DNA of 64,000 nt from assembly GCF_009914755.1 (NCBI RefSeq), contig NC_060925.1. One strand, written 5' to 3'. The translations under genes were made by a program, and so were the position numbers. Below are positions 15,101 to 29,102 of the stretch, piece after piece. The notes under the pieces were generated by a model. That model saw only the letters and a program-made list of their open reading frames with translations, was not told the origin of the DNA and searched no databases. The first letter of the stretch is position 1, and each line of letters starts with the position of its first letter. This DNA comes from the human T2T-CHM13v2.0 reference genome, Homo sapiens.

Positions 15101-15955
15101 TATAGTGCCTTACATTTCATTTGTGAAAAACACCAATTTGAATTAGGTAAATGCTTATATTTCAATCACCTTACAAAAACTGATAATAAATGTCACACTG
15201 TAGAATGTTGTTTATAAATAGTTTTTACAAAAGATATTAAGCTACGTTTTGCCTTGACATCAGGTGTTTCATATTAAATGAAACGATTTGATTCATTATT
15301 TTTATCTTGATCCTATATTCTTCACAATGAGGAGAAAGGATTTATAAAGATTGAACAGGTTTATTTTTAAAGTAATAAAGAGCAAAGCACCCTGAATTTG
15401 CTATATGAATTACAAACAGGAATATTAAAATAAATAAAATACTGAATTTTAAATTTTATGGCTTATTTTTGATTTGGAAATGACAGCATGACTGAACACC
15501 TATAGTGCATTGGAAGTCAAACATTATCAAAAGACTGAATTTTGCACCACTCTGAAATGAACGGTACATCATTCTTGATCTGCATGCTTGGATTGCTTAT
15601 GTTTTTATATTTAACTTGTGTGATTTTAAGAAAGATTTAATGTATGAGATTAAAGAAATGTTCATGAGATTTGAAATGACACTCCTTAACCATAGCCAGT
15701 ATTATGGGACTGATAAAAAGCTGCTGTGTCCCACCTTGCTGCTGGAAATAAAATGATAGTTCACAGTAAACCTGTTCTTCAATTAATCATTGAAAAGAAG
15801 GTAAAATGTTTATAAAGCAAAACATTTCAGAAACTCAAGACAGTTAGATGTGGTAATAAATGAGACAAACAAATGAGTTTTTAGGATATTATTCTTCACA
15901 GTGTCTCATGATTTCAGTCTTGAATAATCGAGGGCCACAATTTAAGAAGTACCTT

Positions 15956-16259
<304 letters not shown>

Positions 16260-16436
16260 GTACCTTACACCTTTGGTGGTGTCTATAATTTTAAAACTCT
16301 TAATGGCCATTAAAGATCCAGCTAAAATATGTACAGGAACACCAGATAGAAAATGCTATCACCAGGAATTCAAATTTTACATTTGGTAGTCCCCACCAAA
16401 TCTTCACACATCATCACATTTTTCAACCAAGGGCAC

Positions 16437-16852
16437 TGTATTAGTTTGTCTTCACACTGCTATAAAAACCTACCTTAGAGTGGGTAATTTATTAAAAAAA
16501 ATAAGTTCAATTGACTCACAGTTCTGCATGGCTGGGAGGCCTCAAAAAACCTAAAATCATGGCAGAAGGCAAAGGGGAAGCAAGGCATGTCTTACATGGT
16601 GGCAAGAGATAGAGAGAGCATGAGGGAGAAGCAAGCAACTTCTTCACAAGGTGGCAGGAGAGAAAGAAAGAAGGAGGAAGAGTCACAGTTTTAAACTATC
16701 AGATCTCGTGAGAACTCACTCACTATCATGAGAACAGCATGGGTGAAACCGCCCACATAGTCTAATCACCTTCTACCAGGTCCCTCCCTCAACACCTGGG
16801 GATAACAATTTCAGAAGACATTTGGGTGGGGACACAGAACCAAACCATATGA
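16437..16852 (-). mobile_element. MSTA/THE1D-like MaLR solo LTR
   Basis: tgtattagt...ttgactcacagttctgcatggct...tttgggtggggacacagaaccaaaccatat. Confidence 0.92.
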
Positions 16853-16884
16853 TGTGCTAAAAGTAAATGAATTTGCACAAAAGA

Positions 16885-17097
16885 AATTATATATATAATA
16901 TTAATATATAATTAATATATAATAGATAATTATATAAATATATTATATATTGTATATAATATATAAATAAATAATATAAATTTATTACATATTATATATA
17001 AATATATAATATATAATATATATATAATGATTGTATAATATAGTATATATAAATATATATTATACATTTATATTATATTATATATTATATATATATT
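16885..17097. repeat. AT-only low-complexity tract ((TATAA)n-like)
   Basis: About 210 bp almost devoid of G and C. Confidence 0.92.
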
Positions 17098-17421
17098 TGA
17101 CCATATATATATGGTCAAAACTTGTTTAGAAGCCAGAAAAACTGAGGTTTAAAGATGAATAGGAAAAAAATCTGTGACCTGTGACTACCAAAGCACTGTC
17201 CTGTTTTGAACATTGGGGTAGATAGTCTACAAGACTTTTTTTAGTATTCAACATAATTTTATCAGAGTTTCTAGAACTGGTAGTAATAGCATTGCAGTAG
17301 AGATTTCAGCATATGTTTTCATTTTTTTTTCCTGGAGTACGCAAGCACATTCATTACTGTTTAGCTTATCGTAGTATCTTTATGCATGGAAATACTACTT
17401 TGCATTCTCCATGATTACAAT

Positions 17422-17808
17422 TGCATTGGTTATCTAATGCACTGTAACAAATTATCCTAAAATGCAGGCTCTTAAAGCAACAGGCATTTATTATCTCATA
17501 ATTTCTGCATGTCTAGCATCCAGGGACAACTTAGTTGAGACCTCTGGCTCGGGTGTGCAATCAAAGTATTGGCTGGGACTGTAGTAATTTTAGCACCCAG
17601 TGGTGGGTGGATCAGCTTCCAAGCTTACTCATGTAGTTTTTGATAACATTCAGTTTCTCCAGGTTGTTGAACTAAGGGCCTCTGTTACTTGTTGGCTTTT
17701 GGACAGAGACTGAACTCTTCCTGCATGGACTTAGTGAAAAAGAGCACAAGGACATAAATATCAGGAAATAAAGATCATGGGAAACCATTTCAGAAGTTGA
17801 ATACTGCA
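17422..17808 (-). mobile_element. MLT1F-like LTR (internally deleted)
   Basis: tgcattggttatcta..gtaacaaattatcctaaaa...catttattatctca...gcttccaagcttactcatgt. Confidence 0.8.
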
Positions 17809-19610
17809 ATCACCCCACTCAAGTCTATAATTGAGAGAAGAAAGCAAAGAGCATAATATTTGTTATAATTGTACTAAGTACTGTTTTCTGCATGGAAAAA
17901 AGGCCAAAAAACATCCAATTCAAAAAATCAATAAATAACTAATACATATAAAAGTCAAAAATAGCAATTTAAGCTTCAAGGTGAGTATCTCCAAAATAAT
18001 GCCCTGAATACTCTGATTAACACATTCACTATAAATTCAGCCAATGGCCATAGTGTCTGAAGTGAGAATTGTAAATAATGATGAATATGGCTACATTGTG
18101 TCCAAGAAATCTGACTCAATTTTTGAAATGCATCCATCAATTATCTTTAATTTAGACGTACATCATATAGTCTTTGTATCCCTTATAGTACCTTATACAT
18201 TATAGATGCTCAATAAACATTCATTATGGGAAAAAATTACTGCCCAGTGATTATCTGTTTCAGGCATTCAAATTTGGTGAAACGTAGGCACAAATTTGCG
18301 AATTTACAGATTAATGAGGAGGCAAGATGTATGTAATTGAAAACACGCACAGTATCAAGTGGTTCCAAAAGTAGTTGTCAATGTAAGAAGTTAAATGTTT
18401 TTAATAATGCGAGGTAGGATGCAGTCCTGGGATTGAGTAGATCAAAACTCAAGGAAAATAATATTGTAAAGTGAGTGGTTAGTATTATTTAATTAATTAT
18501 ACTTCTATCAAATAAATAAATATTTTTGGTGGGATCACTTTAACATTCAACTAAAATAATGCAACTTATTACTTTAAATAGCTATACACAGCCAAAAATA
18601 TTTGGTAAGAAGTGACAATCCAAAAAATATGAAAATACATGCATATAAACATGGATACACAAACACATGCATAAAGGCATGAGTTAATGTGTGATTGATG
18701 AAAATAGTGAATTAGTGAAAAATAAAAATGAAGCCAATTCCATTTAGATAAACCAGAGTAAATATAAATTCAGAAAAATGTAGAGGATCTCTGGTTTTGG
18801 CAGGCTTAAAAACAATGCATTCTATTTTTTAAAAAATCATTTCTATTTCTTCCAATTCTACTAATGCACATGCCTCACTTTTCTATAGACAAAGTCATAC
18901 CAGTTAAATGTAACAAAAATAAGTAATAAATAGGATCAATAAAGGAACAGTCCATTATTTTTTTTTGCACTGCTTGAAAGTTTCACAAGAAATATATACC
19001 TCTCATGATGATAGAAATTAAGGAATGTCTTTTATAATGTATTTTGTCAATCAGGATTTTTCTTTCATATGCATATGTCTTTTATATATAGTCTTATACT
19101 TGTTTTCACTCCACACCATATATTCCATATAGCTTAATTTCACACCTTCAATGTTGAAAAGTTCTAATCAAAGATAACTTTTTACTCTGTTAAAAAGGTT
19201 AAAATATTCTGTATATTTCTTATTTCTTCTTATATTTTCAAGTTGTTAGCTATTCACAGTGATTCCTATGTCAGCCAGAAAGGGCAAACTTCAGCTGTGA
19301 GTTACGATCTTCTGATTTCTGACAGGCTCTGTTTATCCACAAAAGGACTGGTTTTTACATATTCAGTATGCACACACAAACTGTCTTACTGTGTCTCCTG
19401 AAATGCTAACCTCATCAAGAAGGGGTTGACTCTACTGTCTCTCCGTCAAGATAGAAAGTTTTCGTTGCTCCCTTTGGTCTTGCACTTGCCCTTGTATTTG
19501 CAAACGTTGTATGTGACTTTCTACTAAAGAAAATTAATTTAACATGATATATTTTAATGTTTAGAGTCCAATAGAGAGACAGACATGTTATAAAACTGGA
19601 AATATATTTT

Positions 19611-19675
19611 AGCACAACTGCCTGAATCTTGATTCTATCATTTACTAATGACATAACTTTAGGTAAGTGTTTGAA
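19611..19675 (+). mobile_element. MIR core fragment
   Basis: actgcctgaatcttgattctatcatttacta...actttaggtaagt. Confidence 0.55.
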
Positions 19676-20502
19676 AAAACTATATTTTAAATGATGGCCA
19701 AATTAATATCACCCAAGAATTTAATTATATGGAAGAATTGAGGCAGAACAGATTAATAATCAAAGTTGCAAAATAATCAGCAAGTTTTCATAAATAATCG
19801 CCAATGTAAGAATTAAGAGAAATCTTACAAATGTGTTAATCAAATATTAATATTTAAGCAAAAAGCAAAACACCAACCAGCTCTAGGCAATAATGATAAT
19901 GCAGAGACTATAAAATGTTTTTCACCCAAATTATGGGAATTCAATGTATTTGTTTATGCACAGACACATTAGAAGTCATGTGCCTTTTTGAACTCTTTTG
20001 CTCATGGACCACTTTTTAAAGTACTAAATCATAACTTTCAGTCATGAGTTAATATTTATGCATGCCAACTAACTTTAGTAACTATAATAGTCAATGAGCT
20101 TTGCTTATATATACAAATTAAAACATGTGGAATTTTATTTAATTGCCCCATTAAAACCAACCAAAAACTCTTGCATTTTAAAAGTAGCTTTTAACTAAGC
20201 AGAGTTTACTTTAGTCTGCTTATGTGGTATAGAGCATATGTTGGGAATTTTTCTTTTTAACAAGTTACTAGATTTGCATTCACAAGTTAAATCTCTATCT
20301 ACAGAAACTTATCATATGTGAGATTTGAGTCAGTTTCTTTTACTCGTGTTAGTGAAATGAATCATCTCTTAAATCTTCTATAAAAATTTCCTCAGAGTGA
20401 GTTCAAAGGAGCACTAGTTTTTACCTGAATTCCGGCAGGAAGTAAAAGTGGATATCTAATTCAATTAGTAGGGGAAACACTAGGTTACAAACCAATTACA
20501 AC

Positions 20503-20841
20503 TTATTTATTTCTTAGTTATTTTATTTATTTTATTTTACTTTAGTTTATTTATTTATTTATTGAGCTGTAGTCTCGCTCTGTTGCTCAAGCTGGAGGGA
20601 AGTGGTGTCATCTCCACTCACTGCAACCTCCACCTCCTGGGTTCAAGTGATTCTTCTGGCTCAGTCTCCCGAGTACCTGGGATTATAGGCACATGATACC
20701 ATGCCTAATTTTTGAATTTTTAGTAGAGATGGGGTTTCACCATGTTGGCCAGGCTGGTCTGGAACTCCTGAAGTCAAATGATCTGCCCACCTTGGCCTCC
20801 CAAAGTGCTGGGATTACATGCGTGAGCCACTGCACTTGGCC
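20503..20841 (-). mobile_element. AluSx/Sz-like with (TTTA)n-type tail
   Basis: Dimeric antisense Alu; decayed TSD aa(t/c)tacaa(c/t)tt. Confidence 0.93.
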
Positions 20842-21060
20842 TAACTACAATTTAAAATATTATGTATATATTATATATAAAAATATTACATAGTAGTATA
20901 TATTATATAATACATTGTGTAATATATATTAGCATATCATACATTTATATAACATAAATAATTTATATAATATATATGTCTCTAATAAGATAGCAAAGGC
21001 ACAGAATTTTCCAAATATATTTGGTCATATGATCTCATTTCCAAAGGGACTATTATGAAT

Positions 21061-21266
21061 CTAGAATAGTACTGTCCAATGGACATTTCTATAGTAAATG
21101 GAAAGTTCCATATATGTTCTGTCCAAAATCCAAAAGGGTAACTACTAGTCAGAAATGGCTATTGAGTATTTGAAACATGACTAGTGTAACTGAGAAACTG
21201 AATTTTAATGTTATTAAATTTTAAATAGCTCCTGGTGGGTAGAGGTTACTTTATTGGACAATTCAG
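21061..21266 (+). mobile_element. MER3 (hAT-Charlie)
   Basis: ctgtccaat...ggctattgagtatttgaaa...actgagaaactgaatttt...attggaca, with inverted termini. Confidence 0.85.
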
Positions 21267-21794
21267 GTCTGTATTCCAAAAACACATTGCATATATGCTG
21301 TTCCATCATTCCATTTTATCAGTAATTTGGTTAGATGGCAAGTACCCCTAGGGCACATCAACCAGGAATGTGATGATTGTAGAGATTTCCATGGAACATG
21401 ACTTGGGAAAGTCTGTGTGACTTGTTCTCAGCAGCATTAATGAGGGCACTAATGGTAAGGCCCAGGGGAGATGTCTCCAGTAATAGAAAAGGGCCAAGAA
21501 TCAGCAGTGGATGTTGGGTGACGCCAAAGGCAACTATACATTTTAAATTTATTATTTATTTCAGCTCTCTGATAAGCACCCCTAATTTATTGATCCTCTT
21601 AATGTTTATGATAAAGGTAGAACAGTCATGAATAAGGTAACATGAATTGGTACACTCATGCCACACAGCTTCTTTTCATAAACAAGCCCAGAATTGTGGC
21701 ATAGAATGAAAGAGGCATAGAATGAAAATGTATTTCCTTGAAATGACACTAAATTATCATTATGTTTATGATAACACATGCAAGCATATATGAT

Positions 21795-22255
21795 TATGAC
21801 ATTACTCTAAGTGAAATAAACCAGACACAAAGACACAAATATTGCATGACCTTCCTTATATATGGAATCTAAGAATGTCACATTCATAGAATTAGAGAGT
21901 AGGATGATGTTGACTAGAGGCTGGGGGCTGCAGGGAAGTAGATTGGAAAAGGAGAATTGTTGGTATAAAATGTATAAATGTTCAGTTAGACAGGAAAAAT
22001 TGGTTCAGGTGATCTATTGCACAGCACGGTGACTCTAGTTAAAGATAATATATATTTCAAAATTGCTAAAGTAGTGAATTTTTAATATTCTCTACACAAA
22101 TAAATGATAAATAGTCGAGGTGATGGATATGGTAACTAGCCTGATATGACTATTCCAAAATGTACAAAATGTAAGCATGTATCAAAGCATCATATTTACC
22201 CCATACATATATACACACACACACATATACATATTATTTTTCAATTTAAAACAAA
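21795..22255 (+). mobile_element. L1MA (about MA8) 3' end
   Basis: ctaagtgaaataaaccagacacaaa...tcagttagacagg...gatctattgcacagcacggtgact...tttcaaaattgctaa. Confidence 0.85.
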
Positions 22256-23132
22256 ATGTAAAATGATTTCTGATTTGTTAGGTTTTATTTTATATCTTCA
22301 TTTCTAGTCATATTTTTGACTAGAAATTCTTTTATGTTAAATAATTTATCTACTCTAAGTTTTCACCTAAAGTATTAAGTAATAACTTCCACAGTTTTTT
22401 TCTGGTTTTATTGATGTTCATGTCCTTATTAACTTTATTTTTACCTTTTTATTTCTTATAAAAACTGTGTGTTACTTTAGTGTAAACCTCACTTGTATCC
22501 AATTCTTAAAAAAAAAGTGTATTTTTATGGCATAACAGGGGTAGGTTTATTTCTGCGTGAGTGGAATAGACTGTGGTTGCTTTTCTCTGTTAGCCATTTC
22601 TGTATCTTTCAATTTAGAGAGATGCACTATTTTGCTTTAAGTCTTTCCTTGTATCAGTTTGATTCACTCATCCCTCCCATCTGGTCCTCTTATTTCGCTT
22701 AACCTAGTGCTACTGACTGCTCAAATAAATTTATATCTGTTAACTATTTTTTTAAGAGTAAGTTTATGCGTTTTGGGAACATGAACTTGTTTCTTCTCTT
22801 TTTCATTTTGAAGAACTTGAATCATTATCTTACTCTTCGTTCTTTGTGTGTTTCTATTAAAGTTTTGCATTTATAAATAAATGGGAACCTCAAAGGATTT
22901 CCCCAAATTTCCCTGATAATGTTCAGACTTGTTCACCGAAGTTTTAACTAACTATGGGTCCACCCATTTTGTGTGTGTATTTGCTGATAAATTTGGTCTC
23001 TGGAGTTAATATTAGTTATCACCTTTCATTTCCCAGCACTCCATTGAAGAAGTTCTTGTGTTTACTTTGACGTTATTGGTAATTAACATTGTGAGCCTAT
23101 GTTGTAGTGCTTTATTAAAGGCTCAGGCTTGT

Positions 23133-23685
23133 GGAAAAAAATGTCTATTTAGGTCATTTGCTCATTGTTTTATCAGGTTACTTTTTAATTTATTTGCTAT
23201 TGAGTTGTATGAGCTCCTTATACATTTTGAATAGTAGCCTCTTATCATTTCCATGGTTTACAAATATTTTCTCCCAGTCCATAAGATGACTTCTCATTTT
23301 GTTTATTTTTCTCTTTGCTTACACATGGAATCTGTAAAAGGCAAATACATTGAAACACAGAGTAGAACTGTGATTACCAGGAGCAGAGAGGTGGGGGAAA
23401 TGGGGAGATGTTTGTCAAAGTGTACAAAATTGCAGTTATAGAGTATGGGTAAGTCTGGAAATCAAATGTACAGCATGATGACTGCAGTTAATAATACTCT
23501 ATTGTATACTGGAAATTTGCTAAAAGAGTAGATTTTAGAAGCTTTTACCATACACACAAAAGACAAAAAAGATAATTATGGGAGGACATGGATATGTTAA
23601 TTTTCTTGACTGTAGTAATCATTTCATGTATCTGTATATAAAAACATCATGTTGTACACCTTAAATATATACAATTATTTAAAAG
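23133..23685 (+). mobile_element. L1MA9/10-like insertion with 5' inversion (minus 23133-23319, plus 23320-23685)
   Basis: Antisense ORF2 3' piece (aaatgtctatttaggtc...tattttctccca) joined to a sense 3'UTR; decayed TSD candidate matching 9/14. Confidence 0.8.
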
Positions 23686-23709
23686 ATATAGGTTTTTAAA
23701 TTTGCTATA

Positions 23710-24162
23710 TGTGATAGGCAGAATAATGCTACTCTCACCTCTAATAGATGTCCACGTCCTAATCCCCAAAACCAGAGAATATGTTACTTTGTACAACAAA
23801 AAGTACTTGGCACATGTGACCAAATTATTGATCTTGAGATGTGGATATTTTCATGGATTATCTGGGTAGGCCTAATATAATTACAATGGTCCTTGCAAAA
23901 AGAAGGCAATGCGACCACAAAAGCAGTAATTGGAGTGACGCAGCCATAAGAAATGCAGCCACCGGGAGCTGGAAGAAGCAAGGATGGGATTGTGACCTAG
24001 AGCCTCCAGAAGGAAACAATCTTGCTGACACCTTGACTTTAGCCCAGCAAAACTGATGTTGCACTCCTACCCTCCAGGACTGTAAGACAATGAATCTGTA
24101 TTGTATGAAGCCACCAAGTCAAGTGGTAATATTTTTTACAGCAGTATTAGGAATCTATTATA
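23710..24162 (+). mobile_element. MLT1D LTR
   Basis: tgtgataggcagaataatg...gatgtccacgtcctaatcccc...ctagagcctccagaagg...ttacagcag. Confidence 0.9.
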
Positions 24163-24965
24163 CTGTCTTTATTGGTCTACATTATTTGGGGCGAAAAGTG
24201 TTTTGGTAGGTTCACAAAAATAGGAATAAATAAGATATAGAATATAGTTAGTAAATGTATTTCAGAAATTAAAATAATCTTTCACTATTTCTTAAATTAT
24301 TTTCATCATCTTTCTATTTATTTTTTCCTCCTTTGGGACTTTTATTATCTACATTTTTGCACTTTTACTTCTATTCTTGATATATCCCAGATTTTTTTAT
24401 TATATAACCTGAATCTTAATATTCTCTTTCTGGATTTTGTTGCAAGTATGATGAAATCTCTCTATCCAGGCTAACATTCCTAACAAGAAAAGTTGGGGGG
24501 AAAACAGATGATTTACGAAAAGAAAAAAGAAATGTTTTGAAGACATCAAAAAGCTGTAAAAGCAAACAGCAGTCGAAGATCCAAAATCCCAGAGAGAAAG
24601 GAACTCTTCTGGACAGCATTCCATCTTAACATCTTAGGAACAGACAGGATTCAGAGAAGGTAGTTTTTCTTAATAATGATGCTGAAGACTTGGAATTTGG
24701 AAGAATTCTCAGAAGAAGATAGACTGCTAGACTGCTCGCTGAACTGGTCTTCACGGGAACTCAGTGAGTAGTTTGGGCTTTTGCTAACATCTCTTCTTAA
24801 AGGATAAGCCAAAACAGTAGACTGGCAAGCAAACATCTTCAAAAGGTCTTCTCCAATTGATCTCTAACCATCTTTCACCACCTTTGCACTAGGAATCTTT
24901 CATCCACTTTCTGAAGACATAAAGGTTTAAGTCAGGCTTCATGCTGCAAACGGGATTTTGATTTT

Positions 24966-25308
24966 GAATTATTTTTGTTTTTATTAAATTTTTTTTAGAG
25001 ATGGGATATCACTCTGTCACCTAGGCTGGAGTTCAGTGGCATGATTATAGCTCACTGCAGCCTCAAATTCCTGGCACAAGTGATCCTCCCATCTCAGCCT
25101 CCCAAGTAGCTGGTAGTACAGATATGCATCTCAAGCCTGGCTTATTTTATTTAATTTATTATTTTGGTTTTTTAAAATTATTTTTTATTTACAGAGATGA
25201 CATCTCACTATGTTGACCAGGCTAGTCTCAAACCCTGACCTCAAGCTATCCTCCCACTTCAGTAATCCAAATTGCTGGGATTACAGGCATTAGCAACCAC
25301 CTCTGACT
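24966..25308 (-). mobile_element. AluJ
   Basis: J diagnostics (atagctcactgcagcctc, gtgatcctccca); TSD ggatttt(g/t)atttt. Confidence 0.92.
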
Positions 25309-25470
25309 GGATTTTTATTTTCTATTGTTGTCGTCATTATTTTCTTTTACCATATGTTTCTTGTTTTGGAAATCACATAGAAATTACAAGAAGTTGTAAT
25401 ATATTTTAGAGAGTGGAAGTGAACAATCTCTTTAAACGTTTGAGCTTACTGAGTGACAGAGAGCAAGGGC

Positions 25471-25471
<1 letters not shown>

Positions 25472-25503
<32 letters not shown>
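25472..25503. repeat. (AG)n microsatellite
   Basis: Direct reading. Confidence 0.95.
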
Positions 25504-25507
<4 letters not shown>

Positions 25508-27972
25508 ATTGTTGTCTTCTACATTGTCCAATTTTGTACTGTTCCCAAGTTAAAAGGCAAAATTATTCTCTAAATTATTTTTTATGTTTTCAAGAGACTG
25601 TAATCATAAATATTGGTGAAATTATAGGGAGATAACTCAGGAATAAGAATATAGACTGCACAAGATAGAAAGGCACGATGGGTGCCTTTTTTTGTGACTT
25701 CTAGATCCATTCTCTTCCTCTCAGTGAGCAGAACAATGACACTTAACATAAATGTATAATAGCTTTAATGAGGAAAATAAATAGAAAAATCGGTGTTTTT
25801 TCTTCTTTAAGCACACATTTGTTTTACTCAAGTGTAGCATGTGGTATGTTAAACATTAGTTTTTGGGGTTTTGTTTTTAGCAGCACATTCCCAGCAACGT
25901 TTCTAACATGTGGTAATGCATTTTAATTCTTATGTGCCAGTTTACAACTATGTCAGCTTCTGTTGTGTGTAAACGGTATGATCAGCGTCAGGTAAGGGTG
26001 TAGCTGTTTATCGTTCTCTAGGGAAAAATAGAGGCTACTATGAAGTTGAGTAAAAAGGAGTATATCACTTTTTTAATATAGAAAAAATATAATTGGTAAT
26101 TTCTCACTGTAGTGTGTATAAATCTAAAGCATGCATGCCAGCAAAATAAAATGTTTTATGCCACGAGAAAATTAAATTAGCGAATAATCTAACTTTCCTC
26201 ATATAAAACAACATGAAAACAATGCGTATAGAAAATGTGTGTATTTATAATGCTCATTTTGTTGCTGTGGTTTTGGTCCCTTGCAATATATTTGTTTTCC
26301 TAGGACTAACACCTGAAGGCATTTCTGGAGGTCATTACATCCATTTCTCCGACTTAGAGAAGGTCTGAAACAACCCAAACAAACCAATTAATCACACAGC
26401 CTGAGTCTCATCTCTCACATTGGGGGAGTACTAGCGTTGAAAATAACTGCTACAAAGCCTTTCAAGAATGATTCCATATAAAATAGAACACCAAAACGCC
26501 ATCAGTGTCTATTCACAGGTCCTCAGTTGTGGAGCCCCTCGGACATTATAATGTTCCATATTTTTTGTAAGTATTTCATTTTGATATTGTCATACTTAAG
26601 CCAATTTGAGGACTAGTGATGTGAAGTAAACATTTTTAGGCAGTCCTATAATCACTGATCATGGAATATAACATCTCCTTAGTGCTGGCAAGAGAAGTGA
26701 AATGGGAGAGGGTGCAGCTAACAGAGATGTGATAAAAGGGTGTGCAGGACTTTGAATCTGCTAACCATAGCCTGCCCTGCTTCAACCTCACCCCTGCCTT
26801 CCTGCCTCAGCTTTCAGAATTTTTTAATAATAAAAGAATAAGAAAATACAATCTTACATTCTGCTGCAATTAAATCAAACTACGTGTGGTTTCACACCAA
26901 AAGTTAAATGTTAAAGAGTGATAGATTGTTAATAGCATGCAATGTTTGGATTTCTTGCCCTTGAAAATCTGCAGCATGAATTTGCTGACCCTGCGTTTAT
27001 CCCATGATAAGGAGACTTCATAGGCATTGTAAGATTCTGAAATTCAGGCACTCTGGGGTTCACATATCTCCATGGTTTAATGTTTAAGAAATATGAAGAA
27101 GAAAGAGAAAGGGGAATTAGAAACTTCCTCTCTCCGATTGCCATAACCTTTTCCCTACCTTGTCAGATAGTGCCTGGGGCAAGCCTAAAGTTAAGATAGC
27201 CCACATGTTATCTTTGTCCTAGAGATTTTGTCTCCATGTCTTGCCTTGCAAGAAGCTATCTTTTTCTCATCTTTCTTTGACTTTATTACAGTAATTATTA
27301 TTCCTTTTTTAGTTTAAAAGTATCTACATAGATATTTCTAAATTAATTATATAAGTTTTGGCAAAATAACTGAAACTGGGAAGAAAAAACAATTCAAATA
27401 CTTTAGAAAATAATGTTTTTTTCCAGTAACAATTTTAAAGTATATAATTTGACCTTTATAAAGCACATTGTAAGGAAAACTCACATATAAGAGTTGTCAA
27501 AATGATGCTCAGAGGAAAAAAGTGGGAGACAATTTTGCATAGGAATCTGTGATGATTAATCATTAGGTAGGTGACCAAAATTGACCCCTGTCTTCAACAG
27601 GTCTTTTCCCATGTCTCCTACCTACAATAGTGACTACACGTAGGATTTCTTTTAGAACTTTAAGCAGAGAGTAGTTATTTCTAGGTAGAGAAAACAAACT
27701 TACAAATACAAGGCAATTAAAAAGAAATCATGTTTTTCTTCTTCTTAGAATGCTAGAAGACAATTATTTTCCGTGATACAAAAGTTTGTTTCACGTATAT
27801 CATCTGCAGTACTGAGAGAGAAAGAGAATATGAGTAAAACCCAAATACTGGGAATTTGGTAATACTTAGCCATCATTTCATAAAACACTGACCTTTTTCT
27901 TAAGCCCTTTTTTCCTCTATTATGGTTTATAAGCATATATGCATGTGTGCATACAGATACATGTGTGGATAC

Positions 27973-27995
27973 GTGTGTGTGTGTGTGTGTGTGTG
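27973..27995. repeat. (GT)n microsatellite
   Basis: Direct reading. Confidence 0.93.
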
Positions 27996-28162
27996 CTTAT
28001 ATACATAAACGGTAGGCAACCATCACAAGCTAAATAATCCAGAAGACAGAAAGCTAATATAATTTTCATTCTTGTCTATAATTTATATTTTTATGGGCAA
28101 AGAAGAATTGTTCACATAAATAACTGTATGATAATATGAAATATATATTTGAAATATATATA

Positions 28163-29102
28163 TTTATTATTTATTTTTATGGCTATATTATAGTTGTACA
28201 CATTTATGGAGTACATGTGATATTTTGATACAAGCATACAATATGTATTCAAATATGGGTAATTGGCATACCCATCAATTCACATTTATCATTTCTTTGT
28301 GTTGGGAACATCTCAGATGTATCTTCTAGTTATTTTGAAATAAACAGTAAATTATTAAGTATAGTCACCCTATTGTGCTACTGAACACTAGATCTTATTT
28401 TTTCTACCAGCTGTATTTTTGTACCATAATCAAATCCATCTTCATCCCCCTTTCCCAATAATTTTCCATCTCTATAACCACTATTTTATTCACTATGTCC
28501 ATGACATCAATAATTTTTAGCTCCAACATATGAGTGAGAACTTGCTATATTTATTTTTTTGTGCCAAGCTTACACTAAAAATAATGTCCTCCAGTTTCAT
28601 CCATGTTGCTGCAAATGATAGGATTTCATTCATTTTCATGGCTGGATAATATTCTGCTGTGTATGTATACCACATTTTCCTTATGCACTCATCTACTTGT
28701 TTACCATTAGATTGATTTCATACCTAGACTACTGTGAAAAATGCTGCAACAGTTGTAGGAATGAAGACATGTTTTTGATACACTGATTTCCTTTCTTTTG
28801 GATCTATATCCATCAATGGAATAGATGGGTCAAATAGTATTTATATTTTTGGTTTGGGGAACTCCATACTGTTTTTCATATTGGCTGTACTAATTTACAT
28901 TCCCAGTAAGTGTCTAGGAGCAATTATCTTTCTCCACATCCTTGCCAGCATTCGTTATTTCTGTCTTTTTGATGATAGCCATTTTTATGGAGGTGATATG
29001 ATATCTCACTGTAGTTTTGATTTGCATTCCCTGATGATTAGTGAATTGATCATTTTTTTCATATACCTGTTGGCCATTTGTATGTCTTCTTTTTAGAAAT
29101 GA
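28163..29102 (-). mobile_element. L1MA4-like 3' end
   Basis: ggagtacatgtgatattttgataca...catatgagtgagaac...ccatgttgctgcaaatgataggatttcattc...tggccatttgtatgtcttct. Confidence 0.9.

Noticed and set aside
16575-16670. Internal ~55-bp duplication in the MST/THE1 LTR
   Set aside because: May be a subfamily consensus feature; I cannot call it locus-specific without the consensus.
19650-19668. A second AG|GTAAGT motif
   Set aside because: No polypyrimidine tract; derives from the MIR core (ttgggcaagt).
21698-21727. Short tandem duplications (also 12446-12476, 37442-37472, 54729-54748)
   Set aside because: Ordinary two-copy slippage events; no array or spacer structure, so not CRISPR-like.
24440-24775. 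Possible exon ending at ctca|gtgagt
   Set aside because: Weak acceptor, no sustained ORF and no other support.
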